Assembly (NCBI GenBank): GCA_046091195.1
Contig: JBJTBD010000054.1
Coordinates: forward strand, 1 to 53,485
Length of the DNA: 53,485 nt
Source: Actinomycetota bacterium
GTDB lineage: Bacteria; Actinomycetota; Actinomycetes; S36-B12
Reading direction: 5' to 3'
The notes beneath the pieces are model-generated. The model saw only the letters and a list, made by a program, of their open reading frames with translations, was not told the DNA's origin and searched no databases. This document shows positions 8,644 through 17,173 of this stretch, in pieces (position 1 is the first letter of the stretch; every line of letters starts with the position of its first letter). Both the position numbers and the translations under genes were made by a program.

Positions 8644-9258
8644 ATGTCGGTCACCACCGTGGAAGAGTTCTTGATCAACACGTGCCTGGACGCCCATGCC
8701 CTTCGGGATGCCCAGAGCGATCTCGCCACGGCACTGGCGCAGGCCGGAGTGCCCGACACAATCGCACCGCTGATTGCGAGCGGACGCGGGCCCGCGATCT
8801 CGGCCGCCGTGCGCGCCACTCGCCCACAGCCAGCCGCCGCAGAGATCGAGACTTACGCCCAGGAGCGCGCGGCCGTCGATCCGATCTTTGCTATGCGTCT
8901 GCGGGATGAACCCCGCCCCACCCTCGAGCGCGCATTCCTGGTCACATTCCCCTCGACGCGCACCGTGGAGTCAGAGGACATCGACGGCACAGTGGTGGTC
9001 CGAGTCTTCGACCGCCCCGGTAGGTCCGGACTTTCGGCACCGCAGTCGAGCGCGGATCCGGATATTGATTTCGTCGGTCCCGGAGATGTCGATGTGGACG
9101 TAGACATTGATATTGATGATGTCGTGGACGTCGAGACTATCGAGACCGATACGGATATCGATATCGATGATGTCGTCGATTCGGCAGCACCGGCCTCCGC
9201 GCGGTGGACGACGTACTGGAGTAACCGTCGGGCGCACTGGATCAGCCTGGGGGCATGA
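8644..9258 (+). CDS. Putative split-borosin precursor: BBD/LigA-like domain + NHLP-like leader + Asp-rich core + aromatic tail
   Basis: SD AAGGAG 6 nt before ATG 8644, 29 nt after the methyltransferase stop. N-terminal VEEFLINTCLD...ALAQAGV...IASG; middle ERAAVDPIFAMRLRDEP; core DVDVDVDIDIDDVVD. Confidence 0.8.
   Translation: MSVTTVEEFLINTCLDAHALRDAQSDLATALAQAGVPDTIAPLIASGRGPAISAAVRATRPQPAAAEIETYAQERAAVDPIFAMRLRDEPRPTLERAFLVTFPSTRTVESEDIDGTVVVRVFDRPGRSGLSAPQSSADPDIDFVGPGDVDVDVDIDIDDVVDVETIETDTDIDIDDVVDSAAPASARWTTYWSNRRAHWISLGA
9103..9180 (+). repeat. Two copies of a 27-nt / 9-aa unit (DIDIDDVVD) in the precursor core, at 9103-9129 and 9154-9180
   Basis: gac att gat att gat gat gtc gtg gac versus gat atc gat atc gat gat gtc gtc gat: 5 differences, all synonymous third positions. 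Confidence 0.9.
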
Positions 9259-10078
9259 CCTCCTCGCGCAGCGCCGCCCACGGGCGCGCCCGCTCGTGGC
9301 CGCGTTGACCCGCCGGACAGATCTCGAGGAATTCACAGTAGGAGCACAGTCCGCTCGGCCTCGCAGGAAACACTTCCTCGACGACTTCGTCGACGATCCC
9401 CTCATCGACCGCAGCGAGGGTGTCTTGTGCGCGTCGGATGTCCTCTGCCGCTGATTCCACGCGACGTAGGTGCTCCTCCAGGGATGCGTCGGAGTGCTCC
9501 CAGGAGACCACGGTGGCGCTGGGGATGTGGTGCAGTTCCACCGTCGTGCAGGCCTTCTTCAGCGTGCGGTGCACCATCAGGGCGTACAACGCCAAAGCCT
9601 CGGCCGACCGGACATCATCTGAGGTCGGGACATCGCGTCCCGTCTTGTAGTCGACGACCACATATCGACCATCCCGTTCGTCGATACGGTCGATGCGTCC
9701 CTCGATAACGAGGGTGTCGGTCACGAATCCCAGGGTCCTCTCCTGGCTCAATGGCTCCTGGCGGGGATCGACCTCGCTCAGATAGGCCCGCGTCATCGCT
9801 ATTGCCCGGGTACGCCACTCGTCACTGTGCTCCGCATCGCGGAAACCGGCGGGAATCCACGCGGACTCCAGGACAGCGTGGATTGCATTCGGCTGCCGCT
9901 GGTCGACCGGTAGATCCCACCAACCCCTGAGCGCGTTGTGAATCGAGATACCGAAGTTCGTATGCGCCCAACTGAGGCGCGGCACGCGCGGACGCTGGAT
10001 GTATCGGAACAGGAAGGCACGTGGACAGTTGTGCCACGCTGCGATCTTGCTCGGGGACACCTTCAGGCGCGTGGACAC
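9242..10078 (-). CDS. PD-(D/E)XK / RecB-family nuclease with 4-Cys Fe-S motif
   Basis: SPSKI...CPR, GRIDRID, VDYKTG, QL-equivalent ALALYA, C-terminal CSYCEFLEICP. Confidence 0.88.
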   Translation of the reverse strand: MSTRLKVSPSKIAAWHNCPRAFLFRYIQRPRVPRLSWAHTNFGISIHNALRGWWDLPVDQRQPNAIHAVLESAWIPAGFRDAEHSDEWRTRAIAMTRAYLSEVDPRQEPLSQERTLGFVTDTLVIEGRIDRIDERDGRYVVVDYKTGRDVPTSDDVRSAEALALYALMVHRTLKKACTTVELHHIPSATVVSWEHSDASLEEHLRRVESAAEDIRRAQDTLAAVDEGIVDEVVEEVFPARPSGLCSYCEFLEICPAGQRGHERARPWAALREEVMPPG

Positions 10079-10087
10079 CGTTGGAGC

Positions 10088-10516
10088 CTACGACTGATGC
10101 AGGAATCCGTTGTCTCGTAATCCCCAGGAATCCAGGGCCTCGATGAGACCCGGGCTGGTATCCCAGTGTTCGAGGTCTCGTAGGGGTACCCACCGCGTGT
10201 CACGCGCATCGTCGCCCGCGCACAGTTCCCCCGAGAGCACGGAGACCAGGAAGTCGCGGATCACGTAGGTCCCGCCCGAGGGAACTTCGCGACGCACGGT
10301 TCCCACCTCACGCTCGACCTGCACCGACAGCCCGGTTTCCTCCCACACCTCACGCACCACGGCGGCGGTGGCAGACTCGCCAGCCTCGACCCGCCCACCG
10401 GGCAGCGACCACAGACCCTCGGCCGGTGGTTGACCTCGAAGGATGAGCAGAATCCGGTGCGCATCGTCGATGCACACCGCGCCCACGCACGGAATCTCGA
10501 TTTCCGTGCCGTCCAT
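10088..10516 (-). CDS. NUDIX hydrolase
   Basis: Nudix box GGRVEAGESATAAVVREVWEETG; AGDDA; start at ATG 10516 after TAGCAT-N7. Confidence 0.9.
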   Translation of the reverse strand: MDGTEIEIPCVGAVCIDDAHRILLILRGQPPAEGLWSLPGGRVEAGESATAAVVREVWEETGLSVQVEREVGTVRREVPSGGTYVIRDFLVSVLSGELCAGDDARDTRWVPLRDLEHWDTSPGLIEALDSWGLRDNGFLHQS

Positions 10517-10550
10517 GTGGTGGATGCTAGTGACGCCGTAGGTTTCTCGG

Positions 10551-11759
10551 ATGGCGTCACGGGCCCGCCTTGCGGTCGCACTCTTGTTCTTCGCCAACGG
10601 GATGTCCCTCGCGACCTGGGTGCCCCGCCTGATCGACGTGCAATCACGTCTCGGTATGTCCGATGCGACGGTCGGTGTGGTGCTGGCCGTGGGCGCCATG
10701 GGTGGTATCGCCTTCGGGCTTGTTGCAGGACGGGCCAGTGCTCGCTGGGGAAGCGGCCGGGTCGCGGTCGTCACGATTCTGCTGTTCGCCCCGGTGGCCC
10801 CATTGATCGCGCTCGCGCCCTCTCCCTGGATCCTTGCCGTGATCCTCGCCTGGATGATGGGCATGGATGCGATCTCCGACGCAGCCATGAACGCCCACGG
10901 AATCCGAGTCCAGAAGTTGTACTCGACATCGATCCTCAATTCCTTCCACGGCTATTGGTCCCTGGGCACGGTCATCGGCGGCGCGATCGGCGCGGGCAGC
11001 CTGCTCATTGGCGCACCGTTGCTTCCTACGCTGATCTTCTCCGCGGCCATAGCCGTGCTCGCGACAGTCATCGCGTCACGCAATCTGCTCCCGGGCTCCG
11101 ATCCCGATACCCATCTCGACGAGGAGGACGTGCCGTCCTTCGCTGATCCCGGTTCCGTCGGTCAGCGCTTCCGTGTCGCCTCCCTCAACCCCCTCACGTT
11201 CATGCTCGGGATCTTCACGCTGCTCGCGGTCTCCGTGGAAGAGATTCCTCCCCGGTGGAGTTCCATCTACCTTGGATCGATCGGGGTCGACGAACAGTTC
11301 GTCGGCATCGCCTTCGTGGCGTTCACCATCGCGATGATGGCGGGTCGATTCACCGGTGATCGCTTGGTTGATCGGTTTGGCGAAATCACGGTGGTACGCC
11401 TCAGCATGGTGGCGGCAACGGTGGCGCTCCTGCTGGGATTGCTCAGCTCGTCCCTCATTGGCTTCACCCTCGCCTGCATCGTCACGGGGTACGGGATCGC
11501 GACCCTCTTCCCCGCCGCGATGCGTGCAGCAGCGCACATCCCGGGGATCCGCCCGGCATCCGGTGTCACCGTGGTCAGTTGGCTTGCGCGCTCCGGCTTC
11601 TTCATCGCACCGCTGATCGTAGGATTCGTCGCCGAGTCCGCAGGTCCCGGCTGGGGCGTCGCCTGCGCAGCCGCAGCCGCGGCCGTCATCATCCCGATGG
11701 CAGCCGTACTTAAATCGGGCTCGACTCCGTCACCGCGCGCGGTGAACTCGACCGGATGA
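10551..11759 (+). CDS. MFS transporter
   Basis: About 12 TM segments, motif-A-like GDRLVDRFG, DAAMNAHG...ILNSFHGYWSLG. Confidence 0.9.
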   Translation: MASRARLAVALLFFANGMSLATWVPRLIDVQSRLGMSDATVGVVLAVGAMGGIAFGLVAGRASARWGSGRVAVVTILLFAPVAPLIALAPSPWILAVILAWMMGMDAISDAAMNAHGIRVQKLYSTSILNSFHGYWSLGTVIGGAIGAGSLLIGAPLLPTLIFSAAIAVLATVIASRNLLPGSDPDTHLDEEDVPSFADPGSVGQRFRVASLNPLTFMLGIFTLLAVSVEEIPPRWSSIYLGSIGVDEQFVGIAFVAFTIAMMAGRFTGDRLVDRFGEITVVRLSMVAATVALLLGLLSSSLIGFTLACIVTGYGIATLFPAAMRAAAHIPGIRPASGVTVVSWLARSGFFIAPLIVGFVAESAGPGWGVACAAAAAAVIIPMAAVLKSGSTPSPRAVNSTG

Positions 11760-12618
11760 CGATCACGAGTCCTGCGAAGATCAGCGCCATGGCGGGATAG
11801 ACCGCGAGTGATGGAATCTGGCCGAGGAAGATCGCGGCGATGATGGTTGCTCCGGGCATCTCCAACAGGATGGCCAGCGAGACGACGGTGGCGGGGGTGG
11901 TCGCCAGAACCTTGTTCATCAATGTGTGTCCCAGCAGCTGCGCGCCTACGGTGATGGCGAGGATCATCAGCCACGCCTGTGCACTGAATCCCACGAAGGG
12001 CTGACCTGCGATCAGCGCAATCGGGATGATCGTTATCGCCGATGCGAAATAGAGCATCGACGTCGTGGTTGCTGTCGGGACCGTCTGTCGAACACGCTCA
12101 GCCACGGTGACATACGCAGCCGCGAGTACAGCGGAGATCAAGGCCAAGGCATCACCGATCAATGCGCGTGGCTCGATGGAGAAGTCAATCCCACCGAGGA
12201 GGAGGATTCCCGCGAAAGCGACAACGATCCCCATCCACACGGTCCGTGGAACACGGATCCCGAGCGCGCGGGCGATCACCGCGGCCCAGATCGGTTGGGT
12301 GGCGACGAATGCTGTCGACGACGCGATCGACGTGAGGGTCAGAGAGGGGATCCATGCCGCGAAGTGGAGGCCGAGGAAGACCCCCGCGATCACCGTGAGC
12401 CGAATCTCCCGCCGGTTCAGGGAGGTCACTGCGGCGCGCTCGCGCACCAGCACGAAGACCCCCGTCACGCCCCCGGCGATGAAGCAGCGCCAGAAGGCGA
12501 TGGCCAACGGTGCGGCGGCGGTGGCGACGATCAGGGGACCGCTCAGGGCGATGAACACGATGGCCACGGAGAGGCGCGCCAGGTCCGCCGCCGGGGGGCG
12601 CGTGATGACCTGATTCAC
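11710..12618 (-). CDS. DMT/EamA family transporter
   Basis: Two repeated EamA halves, IAFWR, GDALAL, LLEMPGA. Confidence 0.88.
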   Translation of the reverse strand: MNQVITRPPAADLARLSVAIVFIALSGPLIVATAAAPLAIAFWRCFIAGGVTGVFVLVRERAAVTSLNRREIRLTVIAGVFLGLHFAAWIPSLTLTSIASSTAFVATQPIWAAVIARALGIRVPRTVWMGIVVAFAGILLLGGIDFSIEPRALIGDALALISAVLAAAYVTVAERVRQTVPTATTTSMLYFASAITIIPIALIAGQPFVGFSAQAWLMILAITVGAQLLGHTLMNKVLATTPATVVSLAILLEMPGATIIAAIFLGQIPSLAVYPAMALIFAGLVIVIRSSSPRAVTESSPI

Positions 12619-12657
12619 GTGTGACTCCTGAGCAAGATGCGGGAGTAGCCTTCCCGC

Positions 12658-13914
12658 GTGACGGTGCCGGTGCAGCAGAGGGTATTCCTGGCCCGCCTGG
12701 GCGGGATGGGCGTCTTCGATGCCCGCGGCGACCAGGTGGGCAAGGTGCGTGATGCCATCGTCGTGATGCGGGTCGGCAATCCTCCCCGGCTCACCGGCCT
12801 GGTCATCGAGGTGCCTCCCCGTCGTCGCATCTTCGTACCGATGACCAAGGTGAGTGCCATTGACGTCGGCCAGGTCGTGGTCTCGGGAGCGCTGAACCTG
12901 CGTCGATTTGAGCAGAGGTCCAACGAGACGCTTGTCATCGCCGAACTCCTGGACCGCAACGTAACTCTTGTGGAATCGGATGAGCGCGTGACGGTCCTCG
13001 ACGTCGGAGTCGAATTCACGCGCACGCGCGAGTGGCTGGTCAGCCAGATCTTCGTGCGTCGTGGTGGCGGCGGTCTCCGGCGTCGCGGTGAGAAGTTTGT
13101 TGTGGAGTGGGATGAGATCACTGGCCTGTCACTCCCCAATCCGCAGCAACCTGCGGAACTCTTGATCGCCACCCTCGACAACATGCTCGCCGCAGACGTC
13201 GCGAGCGTCCTGCACGATCTCCCCACCGCCCGCCGGCTCGAGGTGGCTCGGTCCCTTGACGACGAGAGGCTCGCCGACATCCTCGAGGAGCTTCCCGAGG
13301 ATGACCGCGTCGAGATCATGCAGCAACTGGAGGCTGAGCGAGCTGCCGACGTGCTCGAAGAGATGGACCCCGGCGACGCGGCGGACCTGATCTCCGAACT
13401 GCCACCCGACACCGCCGAGTTGCTGCTGGATCGGATGGAGCCCGATGAGGCGGAGGACATTCGCCGCCTGCTCACCTACGACGACTTCTCCGCGGGCGGC
13501 ATGATGACGACCGAGCCCGTGATCCTCCCTCCGGATGCGACCGTGGCGGACGCGTTGGCCCAGGTGCGCAATGCGGACCTGTCCCCCGCACTCGCCTCCC
13601 AGGTGTACGTGTGTCGTCAGCCGACGGAGACCCCGACGGGCAGATATCTCGGGACCTGTCACTTCCAGCGGCTTCTGCGCGAGCCCCCGTCGACTCTGGT
13701 CTCCGCGGTCCTCGACACCAACCTCGAGCCGATGACACCCGGTGCACCACTCTCCGAGGTCACCCGCTCGTTCGCGGCGTACAACCTGGTGGCACTCCCC
13801 GTCGTCGATGACGCAGGCCATCTCGTGGGCGCCGTCACCGTCGACGACGTCATCGACCACATGCTCCCCGAAGACTGGCGCGAGTCCCTCACCCCGGGGG
13901 TCGGAGATGGCTAG
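12658..13914 (+). CDS. PRC-barrel + MgtE N-terminal + CBS domain protein
   Basis: N-terminal GDQVGKVRD, acidic helical repeats (ADVLEEM.P..AADL), SAGGMMT, and CBS motif LVGAVTVDDVIDH. Confidence 0.88.
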   Translation: MTVPVQQRVFLARLGGMGVFDARGDQVGKVRDAIVVMRVGNPPRLTGLVIEVPPRRRIFVPMTKVSAIDVGQVVVSGALNLRRFEQRSNETLVIAELLDRNVTLVESDERVTVLDVGVEFTRTREWLVSQIFVRRGGGGLRRRGEKFVVEWDEITGLSLPNPQQPAELLIATLDNMLAADVASVLHDLPTARRLEVARSLDDERLADILEELPEDDRVEIMQQLEAERAADVLEEMDPGDAADLISELPPDTAELLLDRMEPDEAEDIRRLLTYDDFSAGGMMTTEPVILPPDATVADALAQVRNADLSPALASQVYVCRQPTETPTGRYLGTCHFQRLLREPPSTLVSAVLDTNLEPMTPGAPLSEVTRSFAAYNLVALPVVDDAGHLVGAVTVDDVIDHMLPEDWRESLTPGVGDG

Positions 13915-14422
13915 GTACCGGGTGGATCAGCCCCTCGATCGCACCCTCACGGTGCGACCCAGTGTCGATTCCGAACGCTTCGGCCGACTCTCCGAGCGTG
14001 TGGCCCGGCATATCGGATCTTGGACCTTCATCGCTTGGATGACGCTCGTCATCATCGTCTGGGTTCTGTTCAACATCTTCGCTCCCGAGTACCTGCGCCC
14101 CGATGAGTACCCCTTCATATTCCTGACGCTTCTTCTCTCACTGCAAGCGTCCTACGCCGCACCTCTCATTCTGCTCGCCCAGAACCGGCAGACAGACCGT
14201 GATCGTGTCCAATATCAAGAGGATCGTGAGCGCACCGAGCGAATCCTCGCCGACAGCGACTACATGGCGCGGGAGATCTCCGCGCTGCGCACCAGTCTCG
14301 GTGACCTGGCCACCCGTGACTATGTTCGCTCCGAGCTTCGCGATGTTCTCGACGAGCTCCTCGAGCGGATCGATGCGCTCGAGGGTCGCACGCGTGACGC
14401 GGCCCCTCCCGACGCTGACTAG
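13907..14422 (+). CDS. DUF1003 membrane protein
   Basis: DEYPFIFLTLLLSLQASYAAPLILLAQNRQ signature; overlaps the upstream stop. Confidence 0.9.
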   Translation: MARYRVDQPLDRTLTVRPSVDSERFGRLSERVARHIGSWTFIAWMTLVIIVWVLFNIFAPEYLRPDEYPFIFLTLLLSLQASYAAPLILLAQNRQTDRDRVQYQEDRERTERILADSDYMAREISALRTSLGDLATRDYVRSELRDVLDELLERIDALEGRTRDAAPPDAD

Positions 14423-14431
14423 CATCGTTAC

Positions 14432-15565
14432 ATGACCCAGCCTGACCTCGAGGCGATCACTGCTGCCTTGCAGACAGTCAATGATCCCGAGATCAACCGC
14501 CCGATCACGGATCTCGGCATGGTCAAGGGCATCGACGTGAAGTCAGACGGGACTGTGGAGGTCGGCATCTACCTCACGGTCTCCACCTGTCCTATGCGCG
14601 GCGCCATCCAGGACCGGGTGTCGGACGCGGTCCTGAAAGTCCCGCACGTGACGCGCGTGGAGGTGCACCTCGACGTCATGAGCGACAAGCAGCGCACCGC
14701 CCTCAAGACGACCCTGCGTGGGGGCGCCGCGAAAGAGATCGTGTTCACGCAACCAGGCAACACGACCCGAGTGTTCGCCATCGCCTCAGGCAAGGGTGGT
14801 GTCGGCAAATCTTCGGTGACGGCAAACCTCGCCGTCGCTCTCGCCCAGCGTGGGCTCACCGTGGGACTCCTCGACGCCGACGTCTACGGCCATTCCATTC
14901 CGCGGATCCTCCAGATCACCACTCCGCCGACGATGGTGGAAGGCATGATCATGCCCCCGCAGGGCTACGGCGTTCGTGTGATCTCCATGCTCTCGTTCAA
15001 GCCGGGCGGCATCGAGACCCCCATCGCATTCCGAGGCCCGATGCTCCACCGCGCGCTGGAGCAGTTTCTCTCCGACGTATGGTGGGGAGATCTCGACATC
15101 CTCCTGCTCGATCTCCCGCCCGGCACGGGAGACATTGCGATTTCCACCGCGCAACTCCTCCCCAAGGCGGAGATCATCGTCGTCACCACTCCGCAATTGG
15201 GTGCAGCAGATGTTGCTGTGCGCGCGGGCACTCTGGCGACTCAGACGCATCAGAAGGTGCTCGGTGTGGTGGAGAACATGTCCGGGTTCCCCTGCCCGCA
15301 TTGCGGTGAGCCGCTGGATCTCTTTGGTGTCGGCGGTGGCGACCTCGTCGCGGAGCGCCTTTCACGTGCACTGGGCACTGAGGTCCCGGTTCTCGCTCGG
15401 ATCCCCTTCGATCCGCGGCTCCGCGAGGGCGGCGACACCGGCCATCCACTCGTCGTCGATCACCCTGACGCACCCGCGGCTCAGTCTCTGACAGAACTCG
15501 CCCACACCCTCGCGGCACGTCCCCGCGGACTCAGCGGAATGAACCTGACGATCACTCCGGCCTAG
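14432..15565 (+). CDS. mrp: Mrp/NBP35 Fe-S cluster carrier ATPase
   Basis: DUF59 N-terminus (DPEI...GMV), SGKGGVGKS, DLPPGTGD, ENMS..CPHC. Confidence 0.93.
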   Translation: MTQPDLEAITAALQTVNDPEINRPITDLGMVKGIDVKSDGTVEVGIYLTVSTCPMRGAIQDRVSDAVLKVPHVTRVEVHLDVMSDKQRTALKTTLRGGAAKEIVFTQPGNTTRVFAIASGKGGVGKSSVTANLAVALAQRGLTVGLLDADVYGHSIPRILQITTPPTMVEGMIMPPQGYGVRVISMLSFKPGGIETPIAFRGPMLHRALEQFLSDVWWGDLDILLLDLPPGTGDIAISTAQLLPKAEIIVVTTPQLGAADVAVRAGTLATQTHQKVLGVVENMSGFPCPHCGEPLDLFGVGGGDLVAERLSRALGTEVPVLARIPFDPRLREGGDTGHPLVVDHPDAPAAQSLTELAHTLAARPRGLSGMNLTITPA

Positions 15566-15879
15566 GCGACATCCGGATCGAAGGGCACCGGACCAACCGC
15601 ACCCGCCGACTTCTTCTTCGGTGCTTCTTCGTCATCGAGGATGCCGGCCGCCCACCGCTTGGGGTGGAGGTCTCGGAGTTCCTTGACCGTCCCTATGGTG
15701 TCCGAGAGGTCGACACCGGCAGAGTCGGCGAGATCGCTCTTTGCGTTCGCGGCCATCACCTTGATCTGTCGAAGCCACCGTCCCGCGTCCGCGGCGGCCT
15801 TCGGGAGGCGATCGGGACCGAACACCAGGAGGCCCACGACGGCGAGCACGAGGATCTCGCCGATGCCGATGTCGAACAT
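15562..15879 (-). CDS. tatB: Sec-independent translocase TatB
   Basis: MFDIGIGE...FGPDRLP; C-terminal FDPD; downstream of htrA. Confidence 0.9.
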   Translation of the reverse strand: MFDIGIGEILVLAVVGLLVFGPDRLPKAAADAGRWLRQIKVMAANAKSDLADSAGVDLSDTIGTVKELRDLHPKRWAAGILDDEEAPKKKSAGAVGPVPFDPDVA

Positions 15880-15897
15880 GCCGTAAGGGTACGCGCT

Positions 15898-17052
15898 CTA
15901 ACTCAGCGAGTCGGTCGCACCCAGTGTCAGCGTGACCTGCTCCTCACGGCCATTCCGCACGAAGGTGAGGGTGACGTCGTCTCCCGGAGCGTAGCTGCGG
16001 ATCGCCACGACGAGTTCCGTTGCGTCCCGAGTATCACGATCACCGATGCCGAGGATGACGTCACCCGGACGGAGGCCCGCATTGTCGGCGGGTCCGTTCT
16101 CATTCACTTCGTTGATGCGCGCACCCTCGCCGGTGTACGCGGTGTCCAGGGAGACACCGATGATCGGAGTCGAGGACTGGCCCGTGTCGATGATCTCGTC
16201 CGCGATCCGCTTTGCCGAATTGATCGGGATCGCAAAGCCGAGCCCGATGGAGCCACCTTCACCGGTGAAGGACTGCACCACCGTCGCGATCGCGGAGTTG
16301 ATGCCGATGACCTGTCCAGCGAGGTTGAGCAGTGGACCGCCAGAGTTGCCCGGATTGATTGCGGCGTCAGTTTGGATGGCGTTGATGTAGGAGAGGTCGC
16401 CGACACCCCCCGCGGTCACGGGTCGATCACGTGAACTGATGATGCCCGACGTCACGGTCCCTTCGAGTCCCAGCGGTGCCCCGATCGCGATGGCGGGATC
16501 GCCGACCGCGACCAAATCGGAATCACCCAGGTCGACGACGGGGAGGTTTTCCTCGTCGACCTTCAACACCGCAAGGTCATAGGACTGATTGCGGCCGACG
16601 ATCGTGGCGGGGACACCTTCACCATCGTCGAAGTACACGGTCAACTTGCCGTTGTCCGCGGCGGGGGCTGCAACATGGTTATTGGTCAAGATGTAGCCAT
16701 CCGAACGGATGATGAATCCGGAGCCGCTGCCCTCACCCTCGTCACCTACGACCTCGATGGACACGACGGTCGGGAGAACTCGGGCGACGATGTCACCGAT
16801 CGAGGAGGCGACGACATCGGACACGACCGCAGGACGCGTCTCCGTCGCGACAGCCGCGGTCTCGGGTTCCGAACTGTCCACGGCGCTGCCGAGGAGATAA
16901 CCGCCGAGACCCGCCACACCGCCGACGATCAGCGAGACAACCGTGGCCACGAGCACGACCGCCACCAGGCCCGGGCCACGCCGCTGTGGCGGCATCGGCA
17001 GAGGCGCGGCCGGCGTCACATACACCGGACGGGGAAGGAGCGGATCGGACAT
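15898..17052 (-). CDS. htrA: HtrA-like S1C serine protease with PDZ domain
   Basis: TM anchor, GSGFII, TNNHV, DLAV, GNSGGPL, C-terminal PDZ. Confidence 0.92.
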   Translation of the reverse strand: MSDPLLPRPVYVTPAAPLPMPPQRRGPGLVAVVLVATVVSLIVGGVAGLGGYLLGSAVDSSEPETAAVATETRPAVVSDVVASSIGDIVARVLPTVVSIEVVGDEGEGSGSGFIIRSDGYILTNNHVAAPAADNGKLTVYFDDGEGVPATIVGRNQSYDLAVLKVDEENLPVVDLGDSDLVAVGDPAIAIGAPLGLEGTVTSGIISSRDRPVTAGGVGDLSYINAIQTDAAINPGNSGGPLLNLAGQVIGINSAIATVVQSFTGEGGSIGLGFAIPINSAKRIADEIIDTGQSSTPIIGVSLDTAYTGEGARINEVNENGPADNAGLRPGDVILGIGDRDTRDATELVVAIRSYAPGDDVTLTFVRNGREEQVTLTLGATDSLS

Positions 17053-17173
17053 CCAGCCTCGCTTGCTCGTCGAGTCTGGTGATGATCCTGCTCAGCACCA
17101 GACCTCCACCGTAGAGGACGTTAGGCTCGCATCGCGCGGTGCCCACCCGACCAGATCACCCGAGGGGGAGAAC

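Noticed and set aside
9242-10078. 4-Cys RecB-like nuclease as Cas4 / CRISPR component
   Set aside because: No repeat-spacer array or other cas genes in the window; stand-alone PD-(D/E)XK nucleases are common at this actinobacterial locus. It converges on the borosin pair and has its own promoter, so I do not count it as part of the cassette.
10551-12618. MFS and DMT transporters as RiPP exporters
   Set aside because: They are separated from the cassette by unrelated genes, and these small-molecule transporter families are routinely found in this region.
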